From Planctomycetota bacterium (lineage in GTDB: Bacteria > Planctomycetota > UBA1135 > UBA2386), in NCBI GenBank assembly GCA_046290465.1, contig JBKAGP010000001.1, positions 2,144,001-2,208,000 on the forward strand: DNA of 64,000 nt. Direction: 5' to 3'. Position numbers and translations under genes: made by a program. The notes beneath the pieces are model-generated. The model searched no databases. It was not told where the DNA came from and was given only the letters and a program-made list of their open reading frames with translations. Positions 59,083-64,000 of this stretch are shown here, one piece after another; the stretch's first letter is position 1; every line of letters begins with the position of its first letter.

Positions 59083-61184
59083 CAGTCCTTCCTCCGGAAC
59101 GTCTGGCGCGGCGCGACGCCGGTGCCGAGCGTCTGCACGGTCGCCAGCTCCTGCAGCCCGAACTCGACCGTCGACAGGGTCTCCCCGGTCAGCAGTTCGA
59201 CCGCGATCGGCGTGTCGATGTTGGGGTAGGCGCCGAACAGCTCGCCCTCGTCGCCGAGGAAGTCGTCGTTGTCGCGGTCGGTGCCGGCGACGAGCAGGTA
59301 GATGCCCGGCTCGATCTCCGGGAACGCGAAGCCGAAGTTCGACGAGCTGTCCGTCTGCGTCTGGTACTTCGTCTCGAGCGTGACCGGGTCGACCAGCAGC
59401 ACGAACACCGTGTCGGCCGACACGGTCGACTGGCCGACCTGCAGCCGCACCGTGATCTGGATGCTGACCGGGTTGTTGCCGTCGGTGTAGTTGAGCGTCG
59501 CCGTGGTCTGTTCGACGCCGTTGCCGAGGCCGGTCCGGTCGGCGACCAATTCGAGCCGATCGCCGTCGATGCCGTTGTTGGCGACCTGTTCGAAGACCTG
59601 GCCGTCGAGCCACGCAGCCGGCGGATCGAAGAAGCCGTCGACGAACGTCAGGTTGCCGGTGCCGAGGTTCTCGAGTGAGACCGCCAGCTGGTCACCGTCC
59701 GGGCCGAGGTCGACCGCGGTCTGGTCGGCGGCGAGCACCGGCGCGCTCGGCGGAGCACCACCGCCGGTCGAGGCGGCCTGCACCGCGGCGAGCGCGTCGA
59801 CCAGGCGGCCGCCGTTGGGCAGGCCGAGGCCGCCGTCGGCGTTGCCGATCAGGATCTGCCGCAGGTCGGCGGCCGACAGGTTGGGGTTGGCGGCCAGCAC
59901 CAGCGCGGCGACCCCGGCGACGTGCGGGCTCGCCATCGACGTGCCGTTCTCGAACTTGAAGAACAGGTTGCCCTGGTCGTCGGCCATCGTCGACAGCACG
60001 CCGTCCGGGAAGCCGTCGGCGTTGCGGTCGGCGCTCATGTCGCCGCCCGGCGCCCAGATGTCGATCGTCGGGCTGAAGTTGGAGTACGGCGCGCGCTGCC
60101 GCACCAGGTCGACGGCGCCGACCGACAGCACCGAGTCGAACGAGGCGGGCGACATCGGCATGTCGCTGTTGTCGTTGCCGGCGGCGGCGACCAGCAGCAC
60201 ACCGGCGGCGGCAGCCTGGTTGCACGCCTGCTCCATGACCGGGCTCAGGCCCGGACCGCCGAGACTCATGTTGATGATGTCGGCGCGCTGCGGCGGCACG
60301 GCACCGCTGGCGTTGGGCAGTCCGGCGGCGTAGAGGATGCCGTTGGCGATGTCGTCGATGGTGCCGCCGCCGGCGCCGAGCACGCGCACGGTCATCAGCT
60401 TGCAGTTCCAGTCGACTCCGGCGACCCCCTGGCCGTCGTTGCCGTTGGCGCCGATCGTGCCCGCGACGTGCGTGCCGTGGAAGCTCGACCCCTGCGGCGT
60501 GATCAGGTCGCCGACGTCCTCCGGGTCGGGGTCCCGGCCATCGCCGTCGCGGGCGATCTGCGGGTTGCTGATCATGTCGTAGCCGCCGATCAGGCGCCCC
60601 GAGAACTCCGGATGCGAAGACACGATGCCGGTGTCGAGCACGGCGACGATCACGTTCGACGAGCCCTGCGAGACGTCCCAGGCCTGCGGCAGGTTGATCT
60701 GCGGGTAGTGCCACTGCTTGTCGTAGAACGTGTCGTTCGGGTTGGTGAACGCCTGCATCACGTAGTTGGGACTCGCACAGCGAACGCCCGGCATCGCCGC
60801 CATCGCGTCGGCCGCGTCGCAGGTCGCCTTCTCGACGCTGTCCTCGACGCGCGCGCCATCGGCGAGCGAGGAGCGGCCGTCGGCCTGGTGCGCGTGGTAG
60901 ACGGCCATCGGTCCGGCTCCGCGGACGAAGTCGTAGCCGGGCGTCTCGAAGTCGAGCGGCGCGCTGCCCTGCTCGAACCAGACGACGACCTCGCCCGGGA
61001 TCATCGGCGTGTTGAGGTTGGCGACGGTCGGCGCGACCTGCGGCATGCGCAGCGAGCCACCGAGCGTGGCGTTGTTGGTGGTGGTCGGCGGCGTCGCGCC
61101 GCCGCCGCCGCCGCCGCCGCAGGCAGCGGCGAACAGGGCGACGGCGGGCAGGAGCAGGGAAGGGTGGAGTTGCGTTTGCTTCAT
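59082..61184 (-). CDS. S8 (subtilisin-like) serine peptidase lipoprotein
   Basis: Lipobox FAAA|C plus poly-Gly; VAVLDTG, HGTHVAG, AAAGN, GTSMASPHVAG catalytic triad; C-terminal Ig-like extensions. Confidence 0.93.
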   Translation of the reverse strand: MKQTQLHPSLLLPAVALFAAACGGGGGGGATPPTTTNNATLGGSLRMPQVAPTVANLNTPMIPGEVVVWFEQGSAPLDFETPGYDFVRGAGPMAVYHAHQADGRSSLADGARVEDSVEKATCDAADAMAAMPGVRCASPNYVMQAFTNPNDTFYDKQWHYPQINLPQAWDVSQGSSNVIVAVLDTGIVSSHPEFSGRLIGGYDMISNPQIARDGDGRDPDPEDVGDLITPQGSSFHGTHVAGTIGANGNDGQGVAGVDWNCKLMTVRVLGAGGGTIDDIANGILYAAGLPNASGAVPPQRADIINMSLGGPGLSPVMEQACNQAAAAGVLLVAAAGNDNSDMPMSPASFDSVLSVGAVDLVRQRAPYSNFSPTIDIWAPGGDMSADRNADGFPDGVLSTMADDQGNLFFKFENGTSMASPHVAGVAALVLAANPNLSAADLRQILIGNADGGLGLPNGGRLVDALAAVQAASTGGGAPPSAPVLAADQTAVDLGPDGDQLAVSLENLGTGNLTFVDGFFDPPAAWLDGQVFEQVANNGIDGDRLELVADRTGLGNGVEQTTATLNYTDGNNPVSIQITVRLQVGQSTVSADTVFVLLVDPVTLETKYQTQTDSSSNFGFAFPEIEPGIYLLVAGTDRDNDDFLGDEGELFGAYPNIDTPIAVELLTGETLSTVEFGLQELATVQTLGTGVAPRQTFRRKD

Positions 61185-61434
61185 GTCTGCCGACACACAA
61201 CGGCGTGCTGTGCCGGACGTGGCGACGGGTTGTCAATCCCCCTGAACGGCGCGCCCCGCTACGACCCGGGTCGGACGCCTGCATTGCTCCCGTCCGCCAT
61301 GCCACGGGGCGGGTTTGCGACAAATCGCGTTGGCACAGGCGTCCCCACTACAACTACTCTCCTGTCGGTCGGGGCTTGTGGACACGTCACACCTCGCAGC
61401 CTCGTCCCTGTCCATCACCACTTAGGAGAACTCC

Positions 61435-63087
61435 ATGCGTATCAAGCTCTCGCTTGCTGTCGTCGCCTTGGCCGCAGGCCTGCAGGCCCAGGTCGTGCTT
61501 CCGCTCGGCCAACCGCTGACGAGCGCCAACCAGGGCAACCCTGGCGGCGCCGTCTACCTCAACATGACCTGCAACACGGTCGTCACCTGGGACCAGCTCG
61601 AGTACGTCAGCTCGGACGCCTCGCCGGCCGGCAACTCGTCGTTCGAGATCTACTTCGGCCCCTCGCAGTGGCAAGGCAACGTCGCCAACCAGGGCCCGTG
61701 GATCCTGATCGGCCAGTCCGCTCCGGTCGCCATCGCCGGCGGTGTCGACGAAACCGTCGTCGGCGTCATCTCGGGCGCAGGCGCCAACACCGGCACCGTC
61801 ACGTTCGCGCCGGGCACCTACGGCATCGCGCTGGTCGCGACCGGCCACAGCTGGGGCTACCAGAACGGCACGTTCAACTTCAGTGATCCGAACGTCTCGA
61901 TCACGACCGGCGGCGCGTCGAACGCTCCGTTCACGCTGCCGACGTTCCAGCCGCGCTCGGTCAACGGCAACCTGACCTACACGGTCGGCGGCACCCCGAT
62001 CGCGCTGGCCTCGCAGCAGGTCTTCGGCCAGGGCTGCTACGCCAACTACACCTCGTTCTACGAGGTCTTCGCCAACACCGCCTCGGGTCAGGACCTGAGC
62101 AACACGTCGATCCTGATGGCCTTCAACTCGGCCACGGGCGCCTACGACGTCTCGGCCGGCACGACCGCTCCGGTCCCGGCTGGCGCGGGTGCCGCGGTGC
62201 AGACGTTCACCGGTAACGACGACTCGGTCCAGATCGCGCTCGGCGGCCTGCCGATCTCGTACGTGACCCCGAACGGCATCCAGATCTCGCCGGTCGACCC
62301 GGTGCTCAACGATTTCGTGGCGCAGTTCGGCGCGGACGGCTGGGTCGGTCTCGACGACGTCGTCAACACCAGCGGCAACCCGTCGGTCGCCAACTTCCTC
62401 AGTGGCGGCGCCCGCGTCGGCAACTGGCAGGACATGGACCCGCTGACGGCGGGCACGGCGTGGTACGAGTTCGATGCGGCCAACGCGGCCCACATCTTCA
62501 CGTGGGATGGCATCCCGAGCCGCGGCCTGACCGACCCGAACACGATCCAGGTCGTGTTCTTCCCCAACCTGGACATCGAGATCCGCCTCGGCGTGCTCAA
62601 CCTCCAGGGTGGCGGTGGCTGGCCGACCCTGACCGGCTACACGCCGGGCAACGGCGCCCTCGACCCGGGCTCGACCGACCTGTCGGCTTCGCTGCCGTTC
62701 TCGACGCAGGCGACCGACTCGGATCCGCTGCGCCTCGAAGCCGATGCGACGCCGGTCCTCGGCCAAACGGTCAACCTGATCACCTCGAACGAGACGACCA
62801 ACCCGGGCGTCGGCATCACGATCTTCTCGACCACGCCGCTGACGGGCAACCCGCTGCCGCCGATCGACCTGATCATCCTCAACGCCCCGGGCTGCTTCGC
62901 CAACGTCGGCACCCTCGACGTCACGCTCCCGATCATCACGGGCGCGATGTCGAGCCCGTTCCCGATCCCGAACGCCCCGGCGTTCATCGGCTTCGAGATC
63001 GGCGTGCAGAGCGCCTGGCTCGACGCCGCCGCGAACGGCTTCGGCCTGATCACGTCGAACGGCGTGCTGCTCAAGCTCGGCGTCTAG
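61435..63087 (+). CDS. Secreted hypothetical protein with C-terminal ~120-aa beta-rich domain
   Basis: AGGAG RBS; signal peptide MRIKLSLAVVALAAGLQA|Q; Gly/Thr/Asn-rich beta body; ends FPIPNAPAFIGFEIGVQSAWLD...TSNGVLLKLGV. Confidence 0.85.
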   Translation: MRIKLSLAVVALAAGLQAQVVLPLGQPLTSANQGNPGGAVYLNMTCNTVVTWDQLEYVSSDASPAGNSSFEIYFGPSQWQGNVANQGPWILIGQSAPVAIAGGVDETVVGVISGAGANTGTVTFAPGTYGIALVATGHSWGYQNGTFNFSDPNVSITTGGASNAPFTLPTFQPRSVNGNLTYTVGGTPIALASQQVFGQGCYANYTSFYEVFANTASGQDLSNTSILMAFNSATGAYDVSAGTTAPVPAGAGAAVQTFTGNDDSVQIALGGLPISYVTPNGIQISPVDPVLNDFVAQFGADGWVGLDDVVNTSGNPSVANFLSGGARVGNWQDMDPLTAGTAWYEFDAANAAHIFTWDGIPSRGLTDPNTIQVVFFPNLDIEIRLGVLNLQGGGGWPTLTGYTPGNGALDPGSTDLSASLPFSTQATDSDPLRLEADATPVLGQTVNLITSNETTNPGVGITIFSTTPLTGNPLPPIDLIILNAPGCFANVGTLDVTLPIITGAMSSPFPIPNAPAFIGFEIGVQSAWLDAAANGFGLITSNGVLLKLGV

Positions 63088-63107
63088 GCTGAGTTTGTTG
63101 TGGTTGG

Positions 63108-63150
63108 ACAACGGCCGCTGCCCACCGGGCAGCGGCCGTTGTTCGGTTTT
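63108..63150 (+). terminator. Rho-independent terminator
   Basis: 16-bp stem acaacggccgctgccc/gggcagcggccgttgt, 3-nt loop, then tcggtttt; 20 bp after the stop. Confidence 0.8.
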
Positions 63151-63295
63151 GGGGGCGGGGCTGGGTTGGTTGGAAGGGTTGGTTGATGGGTTGGGTTGGT
63201 TGATGGGTTGGGTTTCGTTGGGCGGCGAGGGTCGGTTGATCGACTGGGGTTGGTTGTGGGGCTGGGTTGGTTGTGGGGCTGGGTTGGTTGATCGC
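63150..63295 (+). repeat. G/T-rich low-complexity tract with 17-bp tandem units
   Basis: gggttggttgatgggtt x2 (63176-63209) and gggttggttgtggggct x2.6 (63247-63290). Confidence 0.8.
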
Positions 63296-63440
63296 CTGAG
63301 CCTGGTCGTCCAGCCCCGTCGGTTGCTCGGCTGGTTCGTCGTGCGGCCACCCTTGCCCGTCGGGTTGAGGTTGCGGCAGCGAATGCGCAAACCTCCCCGG
63401 TCGACCGCGCCTCGACCTCGGGATCGAGAACCGGCGAGGG

Positions 63441-63535
63441 CGTTCCCCCGCGGCTCCGTCCCCCTCGGCGTCGGCTCAAGGCGAGGCGCCAGAGGGCGCA
63501 GCCGACGCCGAGGGGGACGGAGCCGCGGGGGAACG
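63441..63535. repeat. Perfect 36-bp inverted repeat with 23-nt spacer (REP/REPIN-like)
   Basis: cgttcccccgcggctccgtccccctcggcgtcggct (63441-63476) is the exact reverse complement of 63500-63535. Confidence 0.9.
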
Positions 63536-63692
63536 GGGGCGGGTGTGGGTTTGGGATTGGGGCGGTGTGAGGTAGGTGGCGGCGGTCTGGGGCGTGCCGG
63601 AAGTTGGAGGATGAACCGCGTACCGTACGGCAAGTTTGGGGGTGGTGGGTTGATTGGGTTGGGGGCTTGGGGTAGATTAGTGCGCAATCAAG

Positions 63693-64000
63693 ATGGTGAA
63701 GAACGGTCAGATGACGGGGAAGGGCAGGGGCAAGCGGGGTGCCGGTGAGGGGCGGCAGCTGGGGTTGCCGTTTCGGGGGCATGGCGGGGTGCGGAAGGGT
63801 GCGGGGCGCAAGCCGAACGGGAGCAAGGCGCTGGTCGACCACCGGCCGCGGGCGGCGCTGGCGTCGCGGTTTCCCGTGCACGTGACGTGTCGGGTGGCGC
63901 GGGGGCTGCCGCGGTTGCGAAGGCGGAGGGAGCGGGCGGTGCTGTTGCAGGCGTTCGCCAAGGGGTGCGATCGGTTCGGGATGCGGCTGACGCATTGGGT
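63693..64000 (+). mobile_element. Y1/HUH transposase (IS200-like or REP-associated RAYT), 5' part only
   Basis: Translated by hand: ...GHGGVRKGAGRKP...DHRPR...RFPVHVTCRV.RGLP.LR...DRFGMRLTHW. This matches the N-terminal half of Y1 transposases; the HUH motif would fall just beyond the window. Confidence 0.7.

Noticed and set aside
63084..63995. Pro/Gln-rich and Gly/Trp-rich ORFs at the right end
   Set aside because: Products of the G/T-skewed repeats and the inverted repeat, and antisense to the transposase; not credible proteins.

Overview
High-GC (about 70% by eye) bacterial chromosomal window, most consistent with a Planctomycetota-type organism; this is an inference from ECF sigma/Ser-Thr kinase pairs, FG-GAP proteins, a PEP-CTERM protein and LPS genes. 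About 50 real CDSs are present, and most other long ORFs in the track are antisense or off-frame shadows. Housekeeping content: fdsG-fdsB-fdsA formate dehydrogenase (interrupted by an FG-GAP gene), an AsmA-like protein, manC, ruvX, RNase P RNA, Glu/Leu/Phe/Val dehydrogenase, arfB, glutaryl-CoA dehydrogenase, metG, gcvT-gcvH-lipoate ligase, and scattered LPS glycosyltransferases and kinases. A truncated Y1/RAYT-type transposase with a 36-bp inverted repeat sits at the right edge. The most notable observations are five. (1) A five-gene Mgl-type small-GTPase cluster in which MglA carries a long linker and a C-terminal membrane anchor, with three roadblock proteins/domains and a DUF4388-TPR-TM-PEGA-propeller receptor-like protein. 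(2) A bacterial histone-fold protein with a Lys-rich N-terminal tail, whose 5' end is identical over 20 bp to that of a 50-aa H1-like protein 22 kb away. (3) Four unrelated secreted proteins sharing a ~120-aa C-terminal domain and Gln at the predicted signal-peptide cleavage site, a candidate undescribed sorting/anchoring system. (4) A candidate structured ncRNA with 6S-like ends. (5) Recurrent 14-17-bp tandem repeats that overlap stop codons. All calls come from reading motifs by eye; no database searches were run.
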